DNA of 63,974 bases, the filler included, from NCBI GenBank assembly GCA_964501035.1. It is 5 parts of 5 records of this genome, joined end to end, with 100 filler letters (N's around TTAATTAATTAA, not from the genome) between each part and the next. Parts side by side here need not be neighbours in the genome. Positions count along the whole stretch, not along the records: positions 15,790 to 31,278 come from CAZCRK010000039.1; 4 more parts are not named here. One strand, given 5' to 3'. The position numbers and the translations under genes are program-made. The notes under the pieces are model-generated. The model saw only the letters and a list, made by a program, of their open reading frames with translations. It was not told the DNA's origin and did not search any database. This document shows positions 17,244-27,146 of the stretch, in pieces (the stretch's first letter is position 1; each line of letters starts with the position of its first letter).

Positions 17244-19310
17244 ATGATTCAAAATAATTTCATCACCCCTATCTTCAACAAGATGGGGGTTTTTCTTTTA
17301 GCAGGATTAGTTTCAATACTATCAGCACATAGTATTCAGGGAGTTATTCTAGATGAAATTACACAAAGACCGCTTCAAAACTACCCACTCGTTGTTAACA
17401 AAAAGCATTGTGAAACAGACTCCTTAGGTTATTTTTTTGTTGACGTTAATGAAACCATTGACACGGTCTCATTGTCAGCACCAAATTATTATTCTAAAAC
17501 TATCTCCGTTCAAAGTATAAAACAATTCATATTTCTAACTCCATTTTCATATCCTGAAAAGTCAATATTAGTTACTGGGGAATACAAAGGATTTTACAAT
17601 CATTTAGATGTTATCACGCCGCCTACCACATTAAGTCCAATTTCCATTCAATCTTCAAATTCGACTCAACAAATTTTCAACAGACTTCCTGGGGTAATAG
17701 TTAAATCTTATGGAGGCAGTGCTGGCGTTTCTACATTATCATTTCATGGAGGTCAAGGAAACAGAATTGCTGTTTTGCTAAATGGATTTAAACTAAATAA
17801 TGACCAGAATGGAAGCACGGATATTTCTCAAATTCCATCAGTATTAATGGAAAATATAGAATTTATTCCACAAGGTTCGTCATCCATTTATGGTTCCTCA
17901 GCAAATACAGGTGTCATTAATATTCTGCCAAACCATTCACCCTTTTCTTTCTCACTTTCACTACGAAAAAATCATGTTAATATTTCTCATTTTATGCAAT
18001 TAAAAAATCAAAATGTGATTGGTGGATTCGGGATTGGCAAACAAAGAACACATGACTCGTATTCATACACTGAAACTGGAAATTACAATAATGTGGACCA
18101 AACATGGGGAAATTATGACTGGCTCAAAAGTAATTTAAATCAACATTTTATCTATGGATGGGTAGATTATAAAATCAAACAGAACTTTATTGTTTCATCT
18201 CAACTCTTGCATTCTGAAAATGAACGAATAACTTCAGGATTCATATATAATAATCCAGCATTTTACCCCGAGTTAAATGACAATATATCCATTTTTTCAA
18301 CATCAATTACTGCTTCAAAAATCAAATACAATTTTGGATTAAAAAAAATTGAAATGGATTACAATTCCAATTCACCTAACCATCTTAATGTAGGTTCACA
18401 TCATACTTTAGAAAATGTTAACCACCAAATTATATTTGATTGTTCGGAATTCAAGTTGCAATCTGATATTGATATATCAAAAAGTAAAAGTACGGATGCA
18501 AAAAATGCATCGAGAGTAGGCAATACTACGTCATTGCATTATGTAAATAGTTGGGGTTGGGGAACTGTTGGGGTATCCATTCTGCAGGATATTCAGAAAA
18601 GTAAGACACCAGTTTCATCGTATGAACTTTATTATAGTTTTCCCGAATTTTCCCATGTTTCATCATCATTTACGTATTCCAAAAATTATAAAAAACCAAA
18701 TTTAAATGACTTATTCTGGAATACATTGGGAAATCCAAACTTAGAACCCGAATTTTCATTCAATTATTATTGGAAAAATAAATGGTCATCAAACAAAATT
18801 AGTCTTCAAGCTGATTTTTACTTCATCGAATACGACAATTTGATAAAATGGACACCTCAAATCAATGCTTCAGGGTTATGGAAACCAAGTAATATTTCTA
18901 AAGCACAAATAGCTGGATATCACGTGGTTTTGGATATATCAGAATCATTTTATTTCTCATTTGATAATAGTTTTTCAACTGATTTATCAGATGTTTTAGA
19001 GAGGTCATTACTTTATACACCAGAAAAAATTATCACCACTAATTATACAAAAGATTTTAACAACTTTACACTTTCAATTCATGGTAAATATACTTCATCA
19101 CGACTAAGACAATATGGCGCAATTCCGTTACCATCATATACTACAATTGATGTATCATTCATTAAAATGATACATTTTAAAAACAGTACATTAGAAACAA
19201 AATTTGAAATAAATAATATTAACAACACCCAATTCCAATCTGTGTTCGGATATCCAAATCCAGGTAGACAGGTTTTACTAACATTCAAAATAAAAGGAGT
19301 TGGAAAATAA
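17244..19310 (+). CDS. btuB: TonB-dependent receptor, probable cobalamin transporter
   Basis: Plug motifs LPGVIVKSYGG...IEFIPQGSSSIYGSSA; barrel motifs GNPNLEPE and NNINN...YPNPGR; cobalamin riboswitch upstream. Confidence 0.8.
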   Translation: MIQNNFITPIFNKMGVFLLAGLVSILSAHSIQGVILDEITQRPLQNYPLVVNKKHCETDSLGYFFVDVNETIDTVSLSAPNYYSKTISVQSIKQFIFLTPFSYPEKSILVTGEYKGFYNHLDVITPPTTLSPISIQSSNSTQQIFNRLPGVIVKSYGGSAGVSTLSFHGGQGNRIAVLLNGFKLNNDQNGSTDISQIPSVLMENIEFIPQGSSSIYGSSANTGVINILPNHSPFSFSLSLRKNHVNISHFMQLKNQNVIGGFGIGKQRTHDSYSYTETGNYNNVDQTWGNYDWLKSNLNQHFIYGWVDYKIKQNFIVSSQLLHSENERITSGFIYNNPAFYPELNDNISIFSTSITASKIKYNFGLKKIEMDYNSNSPNHLNVGSHHTLENVNHQIIFDCSEFKLQSDIDISKSKSTDAKNASRVGNTTSLHYVNSWGWGTVGVSILQDIQKSKTPVSSYELYYSFPEFSHVSSSFTYSKNYKKPNLNDLFWNTLGNPNLEPEFSFNYYWKNKWSSNKISLQADFYFIEYDNLIKWTPQINASGLWKPSNISKAQIAGYHVVLDISESFYFSFDNSFSTDLSDVLERSLLYTPEKIITTNYTKDFNNFTLSIHGKYTSSRLRQYGAIPLPSYTTIDVSFIKMIHFKNSTLETKFEINNINNTQFQSVFGYPNPGRQVLLTFKIKGVGK
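17265..17299 (+). terminator. Intrinsic terminator-like hairpin just downstream of the riboswitch
   Basis: 11-bp stem ACCCCTATCTT-CAAC-AAGATGGGGGT followed by TTTTCTTTT. Confidence 0.65.
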
Positions 19311-19311
19311 A

Positions 19312-20481
19312 ATGAAACCAATAATTAGCATACTTACATTTACTCTTTCTTTAATATTTGCAGATGTAACAACATTTGTATTGTGCGAGGGGAATTATGC
19401 ATCTAGCAATGCAAGCTTATGGACAATTAACGATGGAATCATCCAAGAAGCACCCGGAAATCCAGTGGGTGACACAGGGCAATCATTAACAGTGTTTGAT
19501 GACCAACTTTTTGTTATAAATAATGGGAGTAGCAATATAGAAGTATATGACATTGTTGAAGGCGAATTATTTTTCACAACGTCAATTTCTACGAACTTTT
19601 CAGGTCCACGTGAAATGGAAATTTATAATGGATTTGGATACATCACAGAATGGTACACAAATCAAATTGCAATCCTAAATTTAGACACATATGAATTCAT
19701 CAGCGGAATTCCTGTAGAGGGTATGCCCGAAGATATTGTTGCATATGATAGCTATTTGTTTGCATCCATTACAATGGATGCTGATTGGTCTTCATCAAAC
19801 AAAGTGGTAAAAATTGACCCAAACACCAATAGCATCATTGAAACCTATATTGTTGGTGATGGTCCAGGACAAATAGTCATTCATGACAATACGTTGTTTA
19901 CAGCTTGTACTTACTATGATATCAATTGGAATGGTTATGCTGGTACATCATCTATTGACTTGCTAACAGGTGAAGTTACCATCGCTGATTATGGAATCAC
20001 CTATTCGTACGGGGCAGATTTAACGGTTTTAGATGGACATATTTACCGTACATACAATAATGGGGTCATTCAATTGGATGATAATTTAGAAGTTAAAGAA
20101 GACACACATATTTATGGAGATTTTTCAGGTGTGTATTCTATGGCAAGTTTTGATGGACTCATTTATTTAGGAATCACAGACTACGTTGCCCCAGATGATG
20201 TGATTGTAATTGACTACTTCACCGAAGAAATTATTGACACATATTCAGTGGGTGCGATACCCGGATCATTTGCATTTTGGGAAAACGCATGTGCGACTGG
20301 ACTCATGGCTGATGTAAATCAAGATGGTGAAATTAACGTGCTTGATATAATCAATCTTGTCAATCATATTATTGGAACAGATATGTTTGATGATGACGTA
20401 TTCTGCCTTTCTGATATAAATGAAGATGGTATCATAAATGTTCTAGATATAGTTGGTATTGTTAATCTAATTCTAGGATAG
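19312..20481 (+). CDS. BtuG-like (YncE/DUF5074) beta-propeller with C-terminal dockerin type I domain
   Basis: FVLCEGNY..SNASL, VGDTGQSL, VINNGS and VGAIPGSFAFW resemble Bacteroides BtuG; duplicated DVNQDGEINVLDI / DINEDGIINVLDI dockerin repeats. Confidence 0.8.
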   Translation: MKPIISILTFTLSLIFADVTTFVLCEGNYASSNASLWTINDGIIQEAPGNPVGDTGQSLTVFDDQLFVINNGSSNIEVYDIVEGELFFTTSISTNFSGPREMEIYNGFGYITEWYTNQIAILNLDTYEFISGIPVEGMPEDIVAYDSYLFASITMDADWSSSNKVVKIDPNTNSIIETYIVGDGPGQIVIHDNTLFTACTYYDINWNGYAGTSSIDLLTGEVTIADYGITYSYGADLTVLDGHIYRTYNNGVIQLDDNLEVKEDTHIYGDFSGVYSMASFDGLIYLGITDYVAPDDVIVIDYFTEEIIDTYSVGAIPGSFAFWENACATGLMADVNQDGEINVLDIINLVNHIIGTDMFDDDVFCLSDINEDGIINVLDIVGIVNLILG

Positions 20482-20482
20482 A

Positions 20483-21991
20483 TTAGTCGTTAAATAACCA
20501 AATGACTTCCAAATAATTTAACGACGCAATAGGAAGCAAATTAGTGGGCTGTTCAATAGGATTTTGCAGTATATTGGTCATTCTATAGGAAATTTGAAAC
20601 GATTTCAGGACAAAGCCAAACTCAAAATTTAACGAATGATTGATTAAATTATTTGCGATGGTATCATTATCATTCATCCCAAAAAGAGTCGAATTCACAT
20701 CAAAATCTAGAGAACGTAAGCCCCTATTACTCCAAAATATTCCATCACATTGTATGTATGGGCGAAATCGTTTTGTTTTCAATTGGGGTGAAATTTTGAG
20801 AGAAGATTGTGAATATCCGTTGAGCCAAATTTCATTGGAGCCAAATGCATCAAATGCTACAATCATACTTTGTAAAGATGCCCATGAATTTTCATATTCG
20901 GCAATCAATGACATTGATGGAATATTCTCGGATTCAAATTCAAGAAGTCGAATAGAAGGTGAAAATTTAAATGAATCATTTGAGTATTCAAGTTCTATTG
21001 AATTTGTAGTAAAATAGTTCAATGAATCATTTGACAAATTATTGAATGAAATCTGATTTTTTCGATTTAAATGAATTTTTAAATTTTCATTTAAATGATA
21101 ATCAATGCTAAAAATAGGTTCGACGGATTCTGTACTTCTCACACCTGCAACCATTGAAATATGTCGTTTTTTATATGCCAATTGGATAGATGGATTTACA
21201 TACTGGTGCTCAATCGATTGGCCATTTTTTCTTTTTGATTCAACATCTACCAACAATTGAAACGGTGAGTCAAACTTAGTAGAAACGTGTGCATTTTTCC
21301 ACTCTGTTTTGGTGGTGGAATCTGCAATATGTGAAATGTGAAACGCAGAGTGAAATTGGAAATCAAATCTATCATTATTATGAGCTAACTTGATACCACC
21401 AAACATAGACTCTGACGATCTCATGGTTATCTCTTCAATATGGTACCCATAACTCAAATCTAATTGAGTATTTTCAAGTTTTCCGTTATAATCAACTCTA
21501 TAATTTTGAAGAATATTTCCACCATTACTCACTTCTCCATATCGGCCCGAATACGAACGACCAAACCCACGGAACATAAGTGTATTACCATTTTCAAACT
21601 GTTTTCCCAAACCTATGCCAGTTTCTCGCAAGAGGTAATCCCCCTGCCGATATAGTAATTCAGATACGACATGTGAAGAATCCGTTTTGCCAATATTGAC
21701 AAAATCAATTTCGTGTAGATAGAATGCCCCTAATGGATATCCCAAAGACCCATCCAGTATTGCAGAACCACTGTGAATATCTGAACCTATATTTGGATTT
21801 TGCGCATCAAAATAAAATGTATTTTGCCCTGTTTCATCCAGTGGAAATATTATAGATTCAATGGAATTTTCATCAAATTGATTGAAAGAAATAGAATCTT
21901 GACTAAATACAAATGAAGACAAAGTAAAGAAAAAGGCATATCCAAAAAAATATTGAATATGCCTTAATAAATCATTCATTTGGTGACTCAA
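20483..21991 (-). CDS. Putative outer-membrane beta-barrel (putative-porin-like)
   Basis: Signal-like N-terminus; alternating amphipathic strands; C-terminal LEVIWLFND. Confidence 0.6.
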   Translation of the reverse strand: MSHQMNDLLRHIQYFFGYAFFFTLSSFVFSQDSISFNQFDENSIESIIFPLDETGQNTFYFDAQNPNIGSDIHSGSAILDGSLGYPLGAFYLHEIDFVNIGKTDSSHVVSELLYRQGDYLLRETGIGLGKQFENGNTLMFRGFGRSYSGRYGEVSNGGNILQNYRVDYNGKLENTQLDLSYGYHIEEITMRSSESMFGGIKLAHNNDRFDFQFHSAFHISHIADSTTKTEWKNAHVSTKFDSPFQLLVDVESKRKNGQSIEHQYVNPSIQLAYKKRHISMVAGVRSTESVEPIFSIDYHLNENLKIHLNRKNQISFNNLSNDSLNYFTTNSIELEYSNDSFKFSPSIRLLEFESENIPSMSLIAEYENSWASLQSMIVAFDAFGSNEIWLNGYSQSSLKISPQLKTKRFRPYIQCDGIFWSNRGLRSLDFDVNSTLFGMNDNDTIANNLINHSLNFEFGFVLKSFQISYRMTNILQNPIEQPTNLLPIASLNYLEVIWLFND

Positions 21992-22507
21992 CTAGGAGTG
22001 TGCAGATTCTGTTTGAAGTTGAGGTAGCATTTTTTCTATCAACACAAAACCACCAAATAATACCGCACTATACAACAGTGTAGATGCAAGGGTATTGGTT
22101 AAAAATGGGAGTCCTGCAACATAGCATGCACCCAATCCTGTTATCGTTTTGGGATACATCAATCCGGTCATCCAAACACCAAAATTACTTATGAGGAAAA
22201 ATAGCAGTGAACCCACTACGGATTGTACTCCAATGTTCACCATAGATTTATGTTGTTTAAATCCCATACCTAAATAAGTTATAAGAATCATTGCGCTATA
22301 GCCCCAAATCATGGTTTGATGGAACCCCAAGACCATATCTGCAATAAACATGGACAATACAGGAATACTAAATGCTAAATATTTTTTATTGAGAGTTGCT
22401 CCACCCAATAATGCAACTGCAATGAGAGGTGTAAAATTTGGAGGATGTGGTATTATTCGACTCAATGCTGTTGCTAAAATAATTCCAATTAAAACTAAAT
22501 TTCTCAT
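21992..22507 (-). CDS. DUF6580-family putative transport protein
   Basis: RIIPHPPNFTP and FFLISNFGVW...CYVAGLPF motifs; multiple TM helices; AAGGAG RBS. Confidence 0.8.
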   Translation of the reverse strand: MRNLVLIGIILATALSRIIPHPPNFTPLIAVALLGGATLNKKYLAFSIPVLSMFIADMVLGFHQTMIWGYSAMILITYLGMGFKQHKSMVNIGVQSVVGSLLFFLISNFGVWMTGLMYPKTITGLGACYVAGLPFLTNTLASTLLYSAVLFGGFVLIEKMLPQLQTESAHS

Positions 22508-22691
22508 ATTTCTCCTTCTTAGTGCAAACCTTACACATTTACGAAAACCAATATTTAAACTATGCCACGATTTATAATTTACTTTTTCCCATAAATGAAC
22601 TCATAGGATTACTTGTAATTTGCTTTAATCCGTTTAACCATCAAGACATTTATATTTTCAAACCACAAGCAAAACAAATTTCAAATAAAAT

Positions 22692-23633
22692 TTAACCTTT
22701 AAACAACTGTCTATGAAAGGGGTTGCGAGTATCTGTCCAATCTGAATTGGGGTCATTTTCAATGATCTCAATCATTTGGGTAAGGCGCGCATCCATGTTA
22801 TCTATGTGATGTATCAATAATGCTTCGGGAAATTTGGGTTCTATGACCGACCCATTTTCAATATTCCCCTGATGGGATAAAATGATATGCTCCAATTTTG
22901 ATTGAACATCTTCTAGGACATTACTTTTAGAACATGCTTCAATTAATATGTCGCGTCCCAATACAGAATGTCCAATTAACCGTCCAGAATCAGTGTAATC
23001 GTTTATCAGGTCACCTGTCATACTTTTGACTTTACCAATATCATGTAGTAGCAACCCAGCACATACTAAATCAGAATTTAATGTTGGATACAATTCAATT
23101 ATAGATTGCGCAATTTTGCACACATTCACGGTATGCAATAAAAATCCACCTTTTACTTGATGGTGATGATGTACTGATGCTGGAATTTGTTTTATGCTGT
23201 CTTCGTACTGAGTAAAAATTTTCTTACAAAGATGTTTATACGGACGTTTGAGTGATTGAATAAACGATTGAATTTCTTTCCAAAGGTGGTCAATATCATG
23301 CTCAATTTGAGGTGCTAGTAAGTCAGTTGAATACCCATATTTATCATAACTGTCATCCGAAATATGTTTAATATTAGATACGGTTAATTGAGTTTGAGAA
23401 TTGTAATCTGACACTATCCCTTTGACGGCTACGGGATGACCTATATCAAATTGTTTAGAAAAATATTCAACCTTATCCCATACTTTAGCACGAACAGATC
23501 CCGTTTTATCTACAAGAACTAGATCCAAATACACATCACCATTTTTCGTGTTTCGTATATTCTTTTCAGTACACAAATAAAATCCTTGAATTTTATGTCC
23601 TGTTTGGAATTGTTGGATTGGTGTTATTTTCAT
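22692..23633 (-). CDS. 3'-5' exoribonuclease YhaM/CBF1 family (OB fold + HD domain)
   Basis: YLDLVLVDKTGSVRAKVW OB fold; PASVHHHH, LLHDIGK, ILSHQG, IDNMDA. Confidence 0.88.
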   Translation of the reverse strand: MKITPIQQFQTGHKIQGFYLCTEKNIRNTKNGDVYLDLVLVDKTGSVRAKVWDKVEYFSKQFDIGHPVAVKGIVSDYNSQTQLTVSNIKHISDDSYDKYGYSTDLLAPQIEHDIDHLWKEIQSFIQSLKRPYKHLCKKIFTQYEDSIKQIPASVHHHHQVKGGFLLHTVNVCKIAQSIIELYPTLNSDLVCAGLLLHDIGKVKSMTGDLINDYTDSGRLIGHSVLGRDILIEACSKSNVLEDVQSKLEHIILSHQGNIENGSVIEPKFPEALLIHHIDNMDARLTQMIEIIENDPNSDWTDTRNPFHRQLFKG

Positions 23634-23685
23634 ACGTTGAAAATACACATAAGACTATATTATGTAAAAATAATTATTAATCATT

Positions 23686-24171
23686 TCAATTTTTAAGTTT
23701 GATATTAAATGAAGGCATAAGAAAAGAAGGCCCATTATCAGCACCAATTGTTATATTTTCACCTTTTATTAAATCATACATGGAAGTTATACCAAATTGT
23801 AAAATAATTTCTTTCTTTTTCCATTTAATTGTAGATATATCAAAGCCCAAAGTACCTGAAACACCTACAGAGCCAACTGCACCTATAGCAAGAACATAAT
23901 ATCCAAAACCTGTTAATGAAAAATATGGAGAAAAAATACCTTTAGAAAAATAATATTTTTGTCCATAACCAACTCCGCCTATAAGGACTAAACCACCAAC
24001 TACTATATAAGATTCTTTATTATCTTTTTCTTTTATCCAACTTTTGCTAAAAGGTCCAAAGTATCCGAGTTTATCATTTAGGCCTACTGAATATTCAGTA
24101 CTATTTGAGGGATATAAAAGAGAACTACAAAATATAGAATATAATAGTATTTTTTTTATTTTATTCGTCAT
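23686..24171 (-). CDS. Hypothetical exported protein in AT-rich islet
   Basis: 161-aa ORF with signal-like N-terminus and Gly/aromatic beta-strand pattern; no recognised family. Confidence 0.55.
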   Translation of the reverse strand: MTNKIKKILLYSIFCSSLLYPSNSTEYSVGLNDKLGYFGPFSKSWIKEKDNKESYIVVGGLVLIGGVGYGQKYYFSKGIFSPYFSLTGFGYYVLAIGAVGSVGVSGTLGFDISTIKWKKKEIILQFGITSMYDLIKGENITIGADNGPSFLMPSFNIKLKN

Positions 24172-24177
24172 TATTAA

Positions 24178-24642
24178 TTATTTTTTTCTATATATAAATA
24201 TTAAGAAAATACATACTGCATTAATAATCATTATATATGGACTGGACCATGAAATCCCATCAAATCTGTAATTAGAAATAGGCCAAAATATTGGAGTAGG
24301 AAAATATTCTATGCTATGGGTAAAAAAATCGAGCACAATATGAAATGGCCATGCTAGCATAGGAAAGCAAAAATCTCTCTTAAACATATATGCAATTAAA
24401 ATAAATATCATTGCGATTATCAAACTATGTGAAATGTTATATAGATTAAATACCCAAGATGGAATTTCTGATAGTTCAGGTTTTCCAAATTTCATAGTAG
24501 AGGGGTTAATTATAAGATTAAATAAAAAATATATTCCAAATGATGCTAAATCTGGAATTGCTCCAAAAAATAAGGGTAGCCATTTATATTTTCGATACCC
24601 AAAAAGGCCTTTGCCCCATAATGCGTGACTAATTGTATCCAT
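24178..24642 (-). CDS. Membrane-bound metal-dependent hydrolase (YdjM-like)
   Basis: MDTISHALW, GAIPDL, SHSL, HIVLDFFTH, FWP motifs. Confidence 0.75.
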   Translation of the reverse strand: MDTISHALWGKGLFGYRKYKWLPLFFGAIPDLASFGIYFLFNLIINPSTMKFGKPELSEIPSWVFNLYNISHSLIIAMIFILIAYMFKRDFCFPMLAWPFHIVLDFFTHSIEYFPTPIFWPISNYRFDGISWSSPYIMIINAVCIFLIFIYRKK

Positions 24643-24650
24643 AATAATTA

Positions 24651-24791
24651 TTATAACTCTAAATTATGGTTTTTGGGTTCACATTTTGTACAATTTGAAT
24701 CTGTTTCTTTTTTGCGAAACTGTCCAATTATTTTTTTAATAATATACAGTAATGCAACTATCCCTAACCCATAAGCAATAAACTCTTGCAT
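24651..24791 (-). CDS. FeoB-associated Cys-rich membrane protein
   Basis: ATG overlaps the feoB stop (TAATG); MQEFIAYGLGIVALLYIIKKIIGQFRKKETDSNCTKC..., one TM helix plus CxxC. Confidence 0.75.
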   Translation of the reverse strand: MQEFIAYGLGIVALLYIIKKIIGQFRKKETDSNCTKCEPKNHNLEL

Positions 24792-26926
24792 TATGTAAAT
24801 CCTAAATATTGGCCACCTTGGTACACAATCAATGAGGCAATATATGCCAACAATGACATATAAATAATCATAAATGCAGGCCATTTCCACGAATTTGTTT
24901 CACTACGAATTATTGCAAATGTTGCCATGCATTGTGCAGCAAAAACAAAAAATACCATGAGAGAAATTGCAACCAATGCAGTAAACTGGGGCTTCCCCGT
25001 TTTTGGATTTATATCTCGTTTCATGGCATCCGTTAAACTGACAATATTTTCATCTCCACCTTCAATATTATAAATGGTTGCCAATGTACTTACCACAACT
25101 TCTCTGGCTGCAAACGATGTGATGAGACCGATTCCAATCTTCCAATCGAAACCCAATGGTTCTATAAGGGGTTCAAGTGCATGCCCAATTTGACCCGCAT
25201 AGCTTGTATGAATTGGATTGATGTCTGCTTGAGGATTATCAACTTTAGGGAAGGTAGCCATAAACCAAAGTACAATAGATATCGCCATGATAATTTTACC
25301 GGCATTTAGCACAAATAACTTCCCACGAGTATATACTTGATGCATGACTGATCGAACCAATGGCATTCGATAAGGTGGTAATTCCATTACGAAAGAAGAT
25401 TGCCCTTTTACATCGATAAATTTACTTAATATTTTTGCAATAACAAATGCAGTACTGGTGCCCAATAAATACATAATTACCAGGGTCAAACCTTGTAATT
25501 TGAAAAATCCAAAAACCGTTTTATCGGGAATAAATGCTCCAATCATAAGTGCATACACAGGAAGACGAGCACTACAACTTGTTAAGGGTAACACAAGAAT
25601 GGTTATAAGGCGTTCTTTCCAACTATCAATAGTTCGAGTCGCCATTACTCCAGGTATTGCACAAGCATATCCACTCATTAATGGCAATACTGATTTACCA
25701 TGCATTCCAATACTGGTCATAAATCGGTCCATCATAAATGCTACTCGAGCCATATACCCCGAATCTTCTAAAATAGATAGAAAAAATATCAGGATTAAAA
25801 TTTGTGGAAGAAATATTACAATTGCACCTATACCAGCAATGATTCCATCCACCATGATATCTCGTAGCATACCCGGATTCATTATGTTAAACACAAAATT
25901 ACTAAATTGTCCTACAAGTGCGTCAATCCAATCCATGGGGTATGAAGCCATGGTAAATATCGATTGAAATACAAAATATAATATTCCCAAAAACAAAATG
26001 GGACCTACCCACTTATGAGTGAAAAGATTATCGACTTTTTCACTTTTGGTAATATGACGTTCTTTTGATTTTTTATAAATTTTTCGACTAGTTATCAAAT
26101 TATCCAACCATGCATAACGAAGCGATGCTTCAAGGGTTCTATGGGGATGATTTAGTGCATCTAGTGTAGAAATTATATTTTCTCGAATTTTTACTAATTC
26201 GTCACATTGCTCTTGGGTGCAATGATTCATATTTTCATAGAGTTCAACAACAGATTTTCGAGTTACAAACCGTAATGCTTGTGCAGTTGAAAATTGATTT
26301 GAATATCCCCATGATTTGAACTTTTCTATTAATGGTGCTAAAGCAGATTCAATATTTTTATCCATGGGAAAAGGCAATGTATCAGAGCTCTCAACAGATT
26401 GGGATAGAGTATTTCCAATTGCAGTTTTGAGTTCATCAATCCCCCATTTTTCAGATGCAGACATTGGAATTACATCAGAAACCCCTAACTCATTTTTCAA
26501 TGCTGTGTCATCAATAATATGATTATTGGTTTTAACCCTGTCCATCATATTGAGTGCAACTACTACGGGGATACCTAAATCTAACAATTGTGAAGTTAAA
26601 TATAAATTTCGGCTCAAATTTGAAGCATCGACTACAGAAATTATTGCAGATGGTTTATGACCATTTTCCACCCATGAAATGACTTGGTCTGACACAATGC
26701 GCTCATCAATAGATTCAGGGGTCAAGCTGTATGTCCCTGGAAGGTCTAATATTTTTATATTGGAATCATTGGATAAATTTACATTTCCTAATTTTTGTTC
26801 AACGGTAATTCCGGGATAATTAGAAACTTTTTGATTTAATCCGGTTAGCGCATTGAATATAGCCGTTTTTCCACTATTAGGATTACCGATGAGAGCTATA
26901 AATGGTTCTGTAATTTGCTTAGTCAT
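24791..26926 (-). CDS. feoB: Ferrous iron transporter B
   Basis: G1 GNPNSGKT, NYPGITVE, DLPGTYSL, gate domains, CSARLPVY. Confidence 0.97.
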   Translation of the reverse strand: MTKQITEPFIALIGNPNSGKTAIFNALTGLNQKVSNYPGITVEQKLGNVNLSNDSNIKILDLPGTYSLTPESIDERIVSDQVISWVENGHKPSAIISVVDASNLSRNLYLTSQLLDLGIPVVVALNMMDRVKTNNHIIDDTALKNELGVSDVIPMSASEKWGIDELKTAIGNTLSQSVESSDTLPFPMDKNIESALAPLIEKFKSWGYSNQFSTAQALRFVTRKSVVELYENMNHCTQEQCDELVKIRENIISTLDALNHPHRTLEASLRYAWLDNLITSRKIYKKSKERHITKSEKVDNLFTHKWVGPILFLGILYFVFQSIFTMASYPMDWIDALVGQFSNFVFNIMNPGMLRDIMVDGIIAGIGAIVIFLPQILILIFFLSILEDSGYMARVAFMMDRFMTSIGMHGKSVLPLMSGYACAIPGVMATRTIDSWKERLITILVLPLTSCSARLPVYALMIGAFIPDKTVFGFFKLQGLTLVIMYLLGTSTAFVIAKILSKFIDVKGQSSFVMELPPYRMPLVRSVMHQVYTRGKLFVLNAGKIIMAISIVLWFMATFPKVDNPQADINPIHTSYAGQIGHALEPLIEPLGFDWKIGIGLITSFAAREVVVSTLATIYNIEGGDENIVSLTDAMKRDINPKTGKPQFTALVAISLMVFFVFAAQCMATFAIIRSETNSWKWPAFMIIYMSLLAYIASLIVYQGGQYLGFT

Positions 26927-27146
26927 GCTGAACGAGTATCCTTTGAGCATCATTTCGCCGAATAGATAAGTAATAATCTCTTACTTTAATTTCAATAGGA
27001 CCATTAAATGGAGTATCTTTGATAAAACGTATTTTTGTTCCAGGGATTACACCCATTTCAACTAAACGAGATTGCAGTTCCATTTCTCCTAAAAATCCAC
27101 TAATAATAGCGGTGTCACCTGCATGTAAATCTGTAATATTTTTCAC
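26919..27146 (-). CDS. feoA: Ferrous iron transport protein A
   Basis: RLVEMGVIPG...PFNGPIEIKVR...LSIRR. Probable GTG start overlapping the fur stop. Confidence 0.93.
   Translation of the reverse strand: MKNITDLHAGDTAIISGFLGEMELQSRLVEMGVIPGTKIRFIKDTPFNGPIEIKVRDYYLSIRRNDAQRILVQHD

Noticed and set aside
22508..22691. Second cobalamin riboswitch upstream of DUF6580
   Set aside because: No GGGAA/GGTG-AA-TCC core or B12 box found on the minus strand.
25458..25967. 169-aa plus-strand ORF and the other short antisense or alternate-frame ORFs in the track (e.g. 4793-5110, 13653-14018, 20640-21017, 39628-39933, 50429-50755)
   Set aside because: They lie wholly within well-supported conserved genes and have no motifs or RBS; shadow ORFs.
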